The translations under genes and the position numbers were made by a program. Below are positions 13,800 through 27,075 of a DNA stretch of 64,000 nucleotides, piece by piece. Each line of letters opens with the position of its first letter. The stretch's first letter is position 1. The stretch is from Mobula hypostoma (Eukaryota), in assembly GCF_963921235.1 (NCBI RefSeq), contig NC_086097.1, forward strand, positions 136,588,001 to 136,652,000, read 5' to 3'. The notes below the pieces were generated by a model. The model was not told the origin of the DNA. It made no database searches and saw only the letters and a list, made by a program, of their open reading frames with translations.

Positions 13800-14120
13800 A
13801 GTGTATCTAAACTGGACCTGCTGTTATAATGAAGGAAACGTGGATTCCGGTCTATGCCTAGCAAAGTCCACAAATAGCAGTGTAAGAATGACAAGATAAT
13901 CTGATATATTTTTTCCTCGGTGTTATTTTTCAGTCTGGCCACCGGTGTAGTGCTTTGGGATCTTTCATACTCTGCAGAGAGGTCCTCTACTTAACATCTT
14001 ATCTGAGACCTCCAGCAGCACAGCAGGAGTGGAGGTGTGGTGAAAATGGGAGTCTCTGCAGACCTGGAATCGTGCATGTCTGCCTGAAGCAGGATTTCTG
14101 ACATGTCGGTCCATGGCCGC
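13800..14120 (-). mobile_element. Degenerate Deu-domain SINE (SacSINE1/AmnSINE1 superfamily)
   Basis: Reverse-complement blocks resemble the Deu core: CACAAATAGCAGTG..AATGACAAGATAATCTG and GGGATCTTT...TTAACATCTTATCTGAGACCTCCAGCAG. Recognised by eye; boundaries approximate. Confidence 0.5.
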
Positions 14121-14299
14121 CTCTATTGCCATGATGAGACCAGTGTCTGGTTGTGTGAGATCACTCTCAGCTCGTATTCTATCTGGGCAGCCTCCAACTT
14201 GATCCATGCATTTGGATTTCTCAAATGTCCGATCCCAGCCTCTGCGGCCTCTTGTAACTGGACTTTAAAAAAAAAAAGTGGTAGGACCTTTATTCATTT

Positions 14300-14910
14300 A
14301 TTATTTATTCATTTACAGGATTTGGGCATCACCAGCTAAGCCGGCATTTATTGCCCATCCCTAGTTGCCCTTGAGAAGGTGATGATGAGCTACCTTCTTG
14401 AACCGCTGTAGCTCCTGAGGTGTAGGTGCACCCACAGTACTATTAGGGAGGGAATTCCATGATTTTAACCCAACGATGATGAAGGAATGGCGATATGTTT
14501 CCAAATCAGGATGGTGAGTGACTTGGGTATTTCCAAGTGGTGGTGTTCCCAGGTATCTACTGTTCTTGTCCTTCTAGAAAGTGGTCGTGGGTCTGAAAGG
14601 TGCTGCGTTAGGAACTTGGTGTTGTTGCAGTACATCTTGTAGATAGCACACACTGCTGTAACTGTTCGTCAATGGTGGAAGGATTGGATGCTTGTGGAAG
14701 GGGTACCAATCAAATTAGCTGCCTTACACTGGATGCTGTCGAGCTTCGAATGTTGATGGAGCTGCACTCATCCAGGCGAGCGGTGAGTATTCCATTGCAC
14801 TCCTGACCTGGGCCTTGTAGATGGCGGACAGGCTTTGGAGTCAGGATGTGAGTTGCATGTCACAGGATTCCTAGCCTTTGACCTGCTCTGGTAGCTACGG
14901 TGTTTATATG
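14300..14910 (-). mobile_element. CR1/L2-group LINE 3' fragment, a distinct family (further remnants near 3220-3460, 16210-16290 and 24370-24620)
   Basis: VCAIYKMYC...QHLSDPRPLSRRTR..DTWEHHH translation; 3' end GGGCAACTAGGGATGGGCAATAAATGC followed by a (TGAATAAA)-like tail. Confidence 0.7.
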
Positions 14911-14949
14911 GAAGAATCTCACGCAACTCCTGCCAACCTCACAGTGAAT

Positions 14950-15340
14950 GCTCGGCGAGTCAGTAGGTAGTAAGCTCAAAGATGAAGACTGAAGTCAGCG
15001 AGTACAGGGGTGGAGGCCCAAAAGTTGAGTCTGCGAGTGCAGGCCACGGACTGGAGGTTTGAAGCCCAATATCTGAGAGTCCAGGACCAAAGACTGGAGG
15101 CCACGAGGTAGCCTATCCTGGGGTGGGAGGCCTGTGTATATGCAGGGACAGGTGGAGGGAGGGTAGGAAAGGGGCTTGTTTTGCCCTGTTGTTGTGATTG
15201 CTGCTTGTGGGCATGCTGTGTTGGCACCAGAGTGTGTGGTGACACTTGCGGGCTGCCCCCAGCAGATTCTAGTTGTGTTGGTTGTTAACGCAAATGATAC
15301 ATTTCACCATGTTTTAATGTACGTGGGATAAATCTGAGAA
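14950..15340 (+). mobile_element. Non-autonomous SINE-like element; an inverted second copy lies at about 9730-10370
   Basis: Shares AAGGGGCTTGTTTT...ACTTGCGGGCTGCCCCCAGCA...TTGGTTGTTAAC with the reverse complement of 9780-9930 and 10260-10270. Confidence 0.6.
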
Positions 15341-16974
15341 TGCAACTAACAGGCCAAGGCGGTAACTGCAGCGAAGTCTCCACAGTCTGAGACAGTTTGC
15401 TCCGTATCCCTGATCAAAGGATTTTCTCCTTAAGAAGGGCTGATTCTCCTGCTGGGGATGGCTGTCGTACTCATCGAGGACGTGGACCTGTTGAGCTGAC
15501 ATTGAAGTCAATGTTGCGTTCATTGTCCAATGCACGAGTGCATGTATTGTATGCACAGGTGCAATGAAAAACATGTCTGCAACAGCATTGCATGCATCAT
15601 TCACAAGAAAAACAAATTTTGCACAATTTTTAAATAAGAACACAATTAGAATAAAAAAGGCCCATTTTTAGTGGAAAGTGATCAAAATGGTCATTCTGTT
15701 GCTTTACTGTAGTGATTAGAGTTTTTCTGGGTGATTCAAGAAGAATGGTTGAAGGGAAAAAGCTGTTCTCGAACCTGGTGGTATGGGACTTCAGGCTTTG
15801 GTACCTCCTTGGTCCATTACTCTCCGCAGCTTCTCACAGACAGTCAGCTGCTCTGATTCTGTCCTCTGTCACTCCCTGGCCCTTTCCTCCGATCTTGGCT
15901 CAATTCTCCACAATATGCACCAACCACACTATCCATTTGATTGACACCCAGTAAGCACTCACATCTTCTACAAAAAGAACTGCAGTTGCTCGGCCAGGAT
16001 CCTCCAAGCGCAGGTCCCAAACCGCCGCCTCTCCAACAAGAAGGAGACGAGATTCGCGTGTACAGATTCTCGGAAAAATGGTGCCATTTCTTCACTGAGT
16101 TTATATCCTGGAGCTCCCTCCCCAGCGGTACAGTGGTACTTAAACCAGGGCTTCCCAACCTCTTTTTTTATGCCATGAAGTCTTGCTGTTAATCGAGTGG
16201 TCTGTAGACAGTTCAGGTAGAAGGCGTGCCCCCACATTCTTGAGGGCAATCGAGGATGGGCAATAAATGCTGAGTCTGCAACACCCACCCCGTGTGACTG
16301 ACTGAAGCAAAAAATGTCTCACCTCTAGACTTTGAAGTGAGTTCCTGCACAGCACTGTTTTTGAAAGATGTTCTGATAACATTTGCACACAAGTTCATCA
16401 GCCACACAGTTTCACCGTTCATTAACTTCCCCCATCTTTAGTAATGGTTTTGAACTTGCTTTCACCTGCCTTTTAACCATTGAAGTTACTGGAAATGAGG
16501 ACTGTAATTTTAAATATTTGAGCAGCCTCTGTTTTCATTCTGCAAGCCACAGCAGTCCTTCATTCTCTCGCCCGTCTGAAATCTTTGTCTGAGCATATTT
16601 GAGCAGTGCCGACAGACACTTTGACCACACACACACATGCAAGAATAGCCCCATCTTGTCCACAGTTGATAACGCAGACAGCTTTCTCCCATTCCATTGG
16701 TACCCACCATCAGTTAAATCTCCCCACGGGGACTGGATCCACAAGCCAGCCTTCAGCTGAGTAGAAATGAGATCTTTGGTGTTGCCAATGAATGCGTGGG
16801 CAAGCATGATTGCAGAAGATATTCTGATAACTGGCTGAGCCTGCAAAGTCAATTGAGGGGCTCAAGATGTTTAACTGATGGCAGAGAGAAGCATCTCCCA
16901 AAAGTGCTTCTGAAGGTAGAGGCAGAAAACAAATAATGCTAGCTTTGAATCTCTCAACAGCACCACAGGGATAT

Positions 16975-17625
16975 GAGTTAGATAGATACTTTATTGATCC
17001 CAAAGGAAATTACAGTGTCACAGCAGCATTACAAGTGCACAGCCATACAAATATTAGAAGAGAAGTAAGAAAGAATAAAAAAATAAGTAACCGCAAACAG
17101 TCTAACGGGGGGGGGGGGGTAGGGGGTCATCACTTCCCCAGCTATAGGTTGACTCATTATAGAGCCTAATGGCTGATGGTAAGAATGACCTCGTATAGCG
17201 CTCTTTAGAGCAGCACAGTTGTCTTAAAGTCTTTTACTAAAAGTGCTCCTCTGTTCAGCCAAGGGTGCATGCAGAGGGTGAGAAACGTTGTCCAGAATTG
17301 TCAGGATTTTCCATGGAGTCCTTTGTTCTACCACAGCTTCTAGTGTGTCCATTTGACTCCTACAACAGCCATCCTTTCTAATCAGTTTATTGAGCCTGTT
17401 GGCATCACCCGTATTGATGCCATTGCCCCAGCACACCACCGCATAGAAGAGTGTACCAGTGACAACAGACTGGTAGAACGTGTAAAGGAGATGCTTGCAT
17501 ATTCCAAAGGACCTCAGTCTCCTCAGCAAGTAGAGGTGGCTCTGGCCCGGCCTCTGGTGGTGCTCCACTCAAGTCTGTCATCCAGGTGCACCACCAGATA
17601 CTCGTAGGTCCTCACCACATCACAA
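16975..17625 (-). mobile_element. Rex1/Babar LINE 3' fragment
   Basis: LYLLRRLRSFG...FYQSVV..LFYAVVCWG..DANRLNKLIRK; 3' end ...GGGATCAATAAAGTATCTATCT. Confidence 0.85.
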
Positions 17626-19499
17626 AAAAAGTGACTTGGAAAATCACTCGCTGTTAGACTACACATAGCCTTGGTGCAGACCGTGTTGTTCAAGAGGTAT
17701 CAGATTCTGTGCACAAAGTCCAACTCCTTCATTTTCTCCACCAACAAGCAATTTGCTGATGGGGTAGGCCCTCAGTACTTTAGGTTGATTTCCAGCAGGG
17801 TCTTGCAATCGTAAATACATTTAAAACAGGCAACATCACTTTTGGCCAGTAAACTTTTCGAGTCCAGGTGAAGGGCCTTGACCCAAAACATCAACTGTTC
17901 ATTTCCCTCCATAGAGGCTGAGTGAGCTGCTGAAATCCTCAAGTATCATTTCTATTGTTCAAAATTCTAAAAAGGCTGGATGCCTCCCCCAGCTGAGGAG
18001 TCTCAGACTGGGGCACCCTCTCAGAGTAAGGGTTGTTCCGGACTGAGGAAATATTTTCACCCTGAGGTGGTGAATGCTTGGAATTCTGTGCCCTAGAAGG
18101 CTTTGCAGGCACAGTCACTGAGATCATTCAGAACAAATGTCAGTGGATTTCTGGATATTGCTTTGTAGATGGATTTTGAAATCTTTGCGCTGTTAAAGCA
18201 ACAAAACAACAAATTTCACCTTGGATGTCAGTGATAAGTAAATCCGATTCAGAGGATAATCAGTGAGGGAATCGGAATGAGATTGTGTTGAGAGCTAGCA
18301 CAGATTCAATGGGCTGAATGGCCTTGTGTTGTAAGAAAGTATAAAGTAAGAAACTGCAATTTAACTGGTGTAGAATTCAGCTATTTGAATCCACCTATTT
18401 CATCCTGATGTGGAAAAAGAAGATTTGAAATCATCCTGCTGGAACTGATTGTGCTTGGACAAGGAAAGATAGTTGGAAAAATTCTCAGTAAAGTGGAAAA
18501 GCAAGATTGAAGGGATAAAGACATAAAGTACTGGCAATGCTCAGTAGGTCAGGCACAGTTAATGTGTTGGGTTGAAGGTCTTGACTTAAGGTTGTGCATT
18601 GAGCCATTCATTCTGCTTCTCCATAGATGCTGCCTAACTTGCTGAGTATCCCCAGTATTTTCTTGTTCCACAGTCTTTAGTTTTTTTTTGCTTATTGTGA
18701 TTTTAAAAAGGACACTTCAATATCAACAGGAGCTTTCTTCAGAGTAAGAGAAGAAGGAACATTCCCAGTGACAGTCTGAGTGAAGGTGGGGTCAAGTAAA
18801 GAATCAGATTGGGGATGAGAAGTGATTGATGGTAGCAACTTCAACAGGATCATACAAAAAAAAGGAACTATTTGGGAGACTCTGGAGACCCAGCTAGGGT
18901 CTGGGATTAATTGGATTATTCCTTCAACTAACTAGCACAGGGCTGAATGGCCTTGACCAGTCCCATGTGGTTCTGTGCTTCTCGGGGCTGGTGGCTACAT
19001 TGCTTTTGGGAAACCTGATATATCTATAGAGATCTGACATCCCACTCTGAAATGGGGAGTGATTTCAGCCTCTTCTCAGCCAGTTTCTCCATCTGTGTTA
19101 AGGTACAACTGGTTTATAAATGTCAGCCTGGGCTTTGACTTTGTACTTTGGCTTTGTGCTTGATAGAAAAGTTGTTCTAGTTCTCAAGTGACCTTATTAA
19201 TCAAGCCCTGTTGGCAAAGACAGCACAATACAAACAGCAGGGTGCACGTACTTTGCCATCACCTTCCTGCAGCTGAGAACTGTGTGAACCTTCCTGAAAA
19301 TGCTTTACCTCAGTGTTGGCAACCTGCTGCTGTATTCCACTATTTAATCAATGTCAAGTTTATCGTCACACGCACAAGTACACGTATGCACAGGTGCAAT
19401 TATTTGCGATATTATCATAGGAGCATAGCATTATATACATTCACATGAAAACATAAATGTTACATAAATTATTTAAAAATTATGCAAAGAACACAATTG

Positions 19500-22400
19500 A
19501 CCCTGATGGGAGTTATGTACGGACCCCAAACAGTAGTAAGGATGTGGTCTACAAATTATAAAGGGAGATAGAAAATGCATGCCAAACCGGCAATGTTACA
19601 ATAGTGATGAGGGATTTCAATATGAGACTCGTACTGAAAAGAATATCCCCCTTAGTCGAAGATCTTCTAACACCAGATCAAGCCAGGTTCAGGCCAGGCC
19701 GCTTTTGCTGGGGTCAAGTCCTGAACTTAACCCAGTATATTGAGGATGGCTTTGAAATGCGACAAATTACAGGGGCAGTATTTGTTGATTTAGCAGCAGC
19801 ATACAACACTGTGAATCACAGAGGCCTTCTACTGAAATTATCTAAAATGTTAAATAATGAAACCACAGTCAAAGTAATAAGAAGCCTCCTAGAAAACCGC
19901 AGATTTTATGTAGAAATGAATGGAATTAAGAGTAGGTGGCATCCACAAAAGAACGGACTACCACAGGGATCAGTCCTGGCACCTCTACTATTTAATGTTT
20001 ATACAAATGACCAACCAACCTTTCCTAGCACATGCAGGTTTATCTATGCAGACGACCTATGCATAGCAACACAAGCTAACCCCTTCCAAGAAGTTGAAGT
20101 ACAACTTACAGCGGTCCTCGAAGCAGTATTATAAAAAATGGTCTATGAATCCAAATCCATCAAAAACTCAAGTGTGTTCCATCCACTTGAGGAATCAAGA
20201 AGCAGCTCGGAAACTCAAGATCTTCTGGCGTGGGAAGGAGCTGGAACACCATCCGACTCCACTTTACCTGGGCATGACACTGGATAGGACGCTCTCATTT
20301 GCCACTCACATCCAAAAACTCCGAGGGGAAAGTTGGTTCTCACAATTCTCTTGGAAAAAATTAGCAGGCATGAAATGGGGAGCTAATGCTCACACACTTA
20401 GATCAACTGTCCTAGCACTCTGCTATGCAACTGCAGGATACTGTGCACCTGTGTGGGGCAGATCAGCCCATGCGAAGAAAATAGACCCGCTGCTTAACGA
20501 AGCCTGCTGAATAATCACGGGCCCACTGTGCCCCACACCCACTAATGTCATTTACAGACTTGCAGGCATTGCTCCCCCAGAGATCCGAAGACACACTACC
20601 ACAAAAATTGGAAAAGGTAAACAGAACTCAGATCCACAGCACCCACTACATCATCATGTGCCAATTTCCAAACGCCTAAAATCGAGGAAAAGCTCTGCTA
20701 CAGCGGAGGAACTACCGCACGGAACATCCCCCCCCAAACATACAGGATTGACCTCTGGCAAAAAAACAGAAGCCAGAACCCCACCAAACAATACAGTGCA
20801 AGGCCCCACAGAAATGTTGCCAGACGGGGCACGGCTTGACAGACGGAAGTGGTGCACTCTGAACAGAGTGAGAGCGGTAGTTTGTAGGACAGGAGACAAT
20901 ATGGTGAAGTGGGGTTTAAAGACCAGCGAATCCTGTGAGTGTGGCGAAAGGATGCAGAACGTTGAACACGTTCTGCGCAACTGCCCACTCTCACCTGATT
21001 TAGCTGACACTGACCTGCTCAACATCAACCAAACAACACTAGAGTGGCTGGCTGTCTGGTGTGACAAGCTATGATGATGATGTGCAGGTAGACTGGGGAA
21101 AATCAGGTTGGTGCTGGATTCCAGGAAGGGGAATTTGTCAAGTGCCTACGAGATGGCATTTTAGAACAGCTCATGGTTGAGCCAACTAGGGGATCAGCTA
21201 TTTTGGATTGGGTGTTGTTCGGGGCAAGTGACCATAATATGATCGAATTCATCTTGAAATTTAAGGCGATGATGATATCAGATATATCAGTATTACAGTG
21301 AGTAAATGGAATTAGAGGCATGGGAGAGGATTTGGCCAGAATTGATTGGAAAATAATACTGACAGGGATGACGACGGACCAGCAATGCCTGAAATTTCTG
21401 GAAGCAATTCGGAAGACAGAGGATATATACATCCCAAAGAGGAAGTGTTCTAAAGGCAAGATGACATAGCCATGGCTAACAAGAGAAATCAAAGCCAACA
21501 TAAAACCCAAGGAGAGGGCATATGATAGACCAAAAATTAGCGGGAAGGTAGAGGATTGGGAAGCTGTTAAGAGCCAACAGAAGACAACTAAAAAAAAAAA
21601 AGTCATTTAAAAAAATAAAGTAAAGATGGAATACGGAAGTAAGCTAGACAACAATATTAAAGAGGATACGGAAAATTTCTTCAGATACATAATTTGTAAA
21701 AGAGGCAAGAGTAGATATCGGACCACTGGAAAACGATGCTGGAGAGGTAGTAACGGGGGACAATGAAATGGCAGGTGAACTGCATAAGTATTTTGCATCA
21801 GTCTTCACTGTGGAAGACACTAGCAGTATGTGGAGGTTCTAAGTATCAGGGGGTCATGAAGTGTGTGAAGTTACCATTACTAGAGAGAAGGTTCTTAGGG
21901 AAACTGAAAGGTCTGAAGATAGATAAATCACCTGGACCAGATGATGTAAATTCCAGGGTTTTGAAAGAGATGGCTGGAGAGATTGTGGAGGCATTAGAAA
22001 TGATCTTTCAAGAATAACTAGAATCTGGAATGGTTCTGGAAGACTGGAAAATTGCAAATGTCACTCCACTCTTTAAGAAGGGAGTGAGGCAGAAGAAAGG
22101 AAACAATAGGCCAGTTGGCCTGACCTCAGTAGTTGGGAAGATGTTGGAGTCGATTATTAAGGATGAGGTCTCAGGATACTTGGAGGCAGATGATAAAATA
22201 GGCTGTAGTCAGCATGGTTTCCTCAAGAGGAAACCTTGCCTGACAAATCTGTTGGAATTATTTGAAGAAATAACAAGTAGGATAAACAAATAAGAATTGG
22301 TTGATGTTGTGTACTTAAATTCTCAGAAGGCCTTTAACAAGGTACCACACATGAGGCTATTTAACAAGCTAGGAGCCCATGGTATTGCAGGAAAGATCCT

Positions 22401-23436
22401 AGCATGGATAAAGCAGTGGCTGATTGGCAGGAGGCAGTGAGTGGGAATAAAGGGAGCCTTTTCTAGCTGGCTATTGGTGACTCATGGTGTTCCACAGGGG
22501 TCTGTATTGGGACAATGGAATTGATGGCTTTGTTGCAAAGTTTAATATGAAGCTAGGTGGAGGGGCAGGTAGTTTTGAGGAAGTAGAGAGGCTACAAAAG
22601 GATTTGGACAGATTAGGAGAAAGGGCCAAGACATGACAGATGGAATACAGTGTCAGGAAGTGTTTAGTCATGCACTTTGGTAGAAAAAATGAAAGGGTTG
22701 ACTATTTTCTACATGGAGAGAAAATACAAAAAACTAAGGTGCAAAGGGACTTGGGAGTCCTTGTGCAGGATTCCCTAAAGGTTAATTTGCTGGTTGAGTT
22801 AGTGGTGAGGAAGGCAAATGCAATGTTAGCATTCATTTCAAGAGGACTAAAATGTAAAAGCAAAGATACAATGTTGAGACTTTATACTGGTGGGGCCTCA
22901 CTTGGAGTTTGCTGAGCAGTATGTGCTGAAACTGAAGAGGTTTCAACAGAGGTTCAGCTCAATGATTCTAGGATTGAACGGTTTGTCATCTGAAGAGTGT
23001 TTGACGGCTCTGGGCCTGTATTCACTAGACTTCAGAAGAATGAGGGGTAACTTCATTGAAACCTATCGAATAGTGAAACGTCCTGCTAGTGAATGTGGAG
23101 AGGATATTTCCTATGGTGGGAGGGTCTAGGACCAAAGGGCACAGCCTCAGAATAGAGGAACATCCTTTTAGAATGGAGATGAGAAATTTATTTCACCAGT
23201 GAGTGTTGAATCTGTGGAATTCTTTGCCATAGGCAGCTGTGGAAGCTAAGTCTTTATGTATATTTAAGGCAGAGGTTGTTAGATTCTTGATTGGTCAGGG
23301 CATAAAGGTATACAAGGAGAAGGCAGGAGATTGAGGCTGAGAGGAAAATTGGATTGGTCATTATGAAATGGTGGAGCATACTCAATGGGCCAATTGGCCT
23401 AATTCTGTTCCTATATCTTTTGGTTTTATGGTCTTA
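19500..23436 (+). mobile_element. CR1 LINE (5'-truncated, degenerate ORF2), split by a Vingi insertion
   Basis: YRPPNS-like start, KSPGPD, DWKIANVTPLFKKG, QHGFLK, KCLVMHFGRKN and a TCTTTTGGTTTTATGGTCTT tail. The CR1 sequence GATTTCAATATG|TGCAGGTAG rejoins across 19625-21082. Confidence 0.92.
19625..21082 (+). mobile_element. Vingi (Ingi-related, I-group) LINE, 5'-truncated
   Basis: RT motifs AVFVDL.AAY.TV, KNGLPQGSVLAPLLFNVYTND and IYADD; LAGMKWGA; RLKSRKS; WCTLNR.R; C-terminal CECG..QNVEHVLRNCP zinc knuckle; no RNase H seen; (TGA)n tail immediately at the stop codon. Confidence 0.8.
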
Positions 23437-23439
23437 GAA

Positions 23440-24060
23440 CAAAACATATGAATAGAAGTGCAAAGTGGCCATAGTGTTGCTGATCTGAGGTGGTGTTTAC
23501 AGTTGGGCAGGTTGGTTCAAGAACCAAATTGTTGAAGGGAAGTAGCTGCTCTTGAACCTGGTGGTGTGGGACATCAGGATTCTGTACATCTGCCTGATAG
23601 TAGCTGTGAGAAGTTGGGATGCAGCAGGTGGTGGGGATCTGGATGGATGTTGCCTTCTTGAGACAGCACACAACACAAAACTTGTAGATACTACCAATAA
23701 TGCCCATGATGTATTGTGTTGAGTCCACTACTCTCTTTGCAGCTTCTTGCATTCTTGCGCACTTGAATTATCATACCAGACCATAATGCAACCAATCAAG
23801 ATACTTACAACAGTACATCTGTGGAAGCTTGTTAGAGTGGCATATCCTTAACTTTCTAAGAAAGCAAAGTCACTGGTGCACCATCCTCATGACTGCATCA
23901 ATGTGTTGGGCCCAGGACATGTCGTCCAATCAGTTACCACCCTGAAAGTTAAACTGCTGACTGTATCTCCTGCTGATTTCTCCCAATGTAGACTGGTGCA
24001 GGTTTGTCCTTCCTCCCCTTCCTGAAGTCAACAAACAGCTCTTTAATTTTATTAATGGTG
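23440..24060 (-). mobile_element. Rex1/Babar LINE 3' fragment, degenerate
   Basis: SHTTRFKSSYFPSTI..LNQ and CLKKATSI motifs. Confidence 0.7.
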
Positions 24061-27000
24061 ATTGAAATCTCACTCTTGTAGTTCTCTTTCAAACTTTCAC
24101 TCCAGTTTGTTTCTGGTTCTGACCAAGGTTTATTGACCCTGCATCCCTCTCCACAGACGCTGCCTTACCTGTTGGTTGTCCTTGCCAGCTTCTGGCCTTG
24201 ATTCCTATTCTCAGCATGTGTAGGGTTTTGCCGTTGTATTTCTACAGCATGATGGGAATTCACAGTGAATGGCGCTGTTTTGTCCCAGTAAAGAGCTTTG
24301 GTAGTGGGGTCACTATCACAAAGCAAGAGATGCAACAGCTAATCTGTGCACAGCTAGCTGCCAGAGAGTAATGAATTCCCCTTGAGAAGGTGGTGATGGG
24401 ACCCATCACAAACTGCTGTGCATCTACTGGAGAAGGTGCTCTCTGGGGAGGACGTTTCAGGATCTGGGCCCAGTGATATTGTAGGGAGTATAATATGTGA
24501 CTTGGGGAGCTTGCTGGTGTTCCCATGAGCCTGCTGCCATTGGCTTTGTAGAAGAAGTGGTTTTGGAGCAGCCCTGACAAGTCACTGCAGAACATTTTAT
24601 AGATGGTGCACATGGTTGGGTTGTTGTCTTCCCCAGTGCCATAGCTTCATTTATCCCTCAAACAGTCTTCCTTTCTTCCTTTCCTTTTTTTTTGAAAACA
24701 AGGGTCCATTCCTTATCAGCATAATTTGTGATCTACTGTGCACATTTCAAGTGGACACGCACCATGTCAGTGAATGGTTCAAAATGCCTCACGAGTGTGG
24801 GAAGTACCTGATATTGAAACTCCAATGCGCAGGAGTTGCAGAGTGTGCACACACCCAGTTCCATAATCGGTACACCTCTCTCCGCCACTGAGGTAATGTC
24901 CCAAGAAGGTGACATCCATTATCAGAGACCACCCGCCCCCCCCAATCTGGGCCATGCCCTCTTCTTGATGCTACCATCAGGCAGGAAGTACAGGAGCCTG
25001 AAGACCCACACCAAGATTCAATAATGGCTCCTTTCCCACTGTCATTAGGTTCTTAAACTGACCTGAGAAACCAACTCTGCCCAAGGCTAGATTTCCATCA
25101 CCTTGCAGTAATGTTATGACATTTTTCTGTCATGCAAGTTGCATATAATTTGTTAATTTAAGTATAAGTTAACTTGTGGCATGTTTCTAATGTGCTGTTG
25201 CTGCAAATTGCTTCTTGTTATGGTGTTTCTAACCTGGATATGTATGTCCACAGTAATAGATATGAACTTGCTGTAGACTAAGTGGGGTTTACCCTGGAGT
25301 TTAGTCTCCATACGAGCGCCCTGCTGAGTCCTGGCAAAGCTTTGCCCTTGGCTGCTGGTAGTCCGCAGCTGGCATTTCCTTCCCCGAGAGGAAGGAATCT
25401 CCCTTCCCATTTTGCTGGAGGCTCTGCACTTCATGTTCTCTAGCCGTGATTGGGTGAAACATCTGAGTCCTGTTTCACTCATCGCTTTGAAGCTGGATTA
25501 TGTTTATATTTCATTAATACTTCCATCGCTTGCCAGTAGTGCGGACACTTGATCTTAGAATCTGATACCACGGCTGAAGGATGTGGTCACATAACTGGGC
25601 TGGAGTCCAGATCTCACTGTCTGCGTGTCATGTGGCAGGCTGAGGTGCTGTCTTTTAGATGTGACTTCATGACCATCTCCTAGGTGGGTGTAGAAGAGTG
25701 CCTCCTAACATCTGCCCATTTAAGACCACACTGAGAGCATGGTGTATTGTTTTGGTTACATTATCAAAAAGACATCATTGAACTAGAAAAAGTGCAGAGA
25801 AGATTTCACAAGAATACTGCCAGGACTTGAGGGCTTAAGTTATAGGGAGCGGTTGGGCAGGCCAGGACTTTATTCCTTGGAATGCTGGGGTAGTCTCATA
25901 GAGCTCCACAGTATCATGTGGAGCTTCAACAGGGTGAACAACCACAACTATTTTGCCAGGAAAGGGGATCTAAAGACCAGAGTACATACTTTATACTTTA
26001 TTGTCGCCAAACATTTGGTACTAGAACGTACAATCATCACAGCGATATTTGATTCTGCACTACCCACTCCCTGGATTACAAATATTAAATATTAAAAAAT
26101 AGTAAAAATTAGTAAATATTAGAAATTTAAATTATAAATCATAAATAGAAAATAGAAAAATCGAAAGTAAGGTAGTGCAAAAAAAACTGAGAGGCAGGTC
26201 CGGATATTTGGAGGGTACGGCCCAGATCCGGGTCAGGATCCGTTCAGCAGTCTTATCACAGTTGGAAAGAAGCTGTTCCCAAATCTGGCCGTACGAGTCT
26301 TCAAGCTCCTGAGCCTTGTCCCGGAGGGAAGAGGGATGAAAAGTGTGTTGGCTGGGTGGGTTGTGTCCTTGATTATCCTGGCAGCACTGCTCTGACAGCG
26401 TGCAGTGTAAAGTGAGTCCAAGGACAGAAGATTGGTTTGTGTGATGTGCTGGGCTGTGTTCGCAATCTTCTGCAGCTTCTTTCGTTCTTGGACAGGACAA
26501 CTTCCATACCAGGTTGTGATGCACCCTAGAAGAATGCTTTCTACGGTGCATCTATAAAAATTAGCAAGGGTTTTAGGGGACAGGCCAAGTTTCTTTAGTT
26601 TTCTCAGGAAGTAAAGGTGCTGGTGGGCCTTCTTGGCAGTGGACTCTGCTTGGTTGGACCAAGTCAGGTCATTTGTGATATTGACCCCGAGGAACTTTTC
26701 TTTCTTTCTTTTTAAATCTTTTTATTGAATTAGTACACAAAGGTAAAACATATAGCAACCAATATATTGTTACAATATAAATATATAAGTACTATTAATA
26801 CAAAAAATGCAAACAATGGAAGTTCGTTATAAAATAACAAGGAAATATAGTTGTATACTAATTTTCCATATATATCAATAACCGAGGGGAAAAAACCAGG
26901 ACAAAAACCCAACAAAACCCTACGGTACAGCTAACCTACAAAGCAGAGCAATGGGCTAACTAGGTAAATAGTAGACTTAAACAAATTAAACAATCACGTC

Positions 27001-27075
27001 CTCAAACCCAACCTCGACTAATAGCAGAAAAAAAATCCAAGGGAGTGTATGTACGATCAGAGAGAAAAAAAATAG

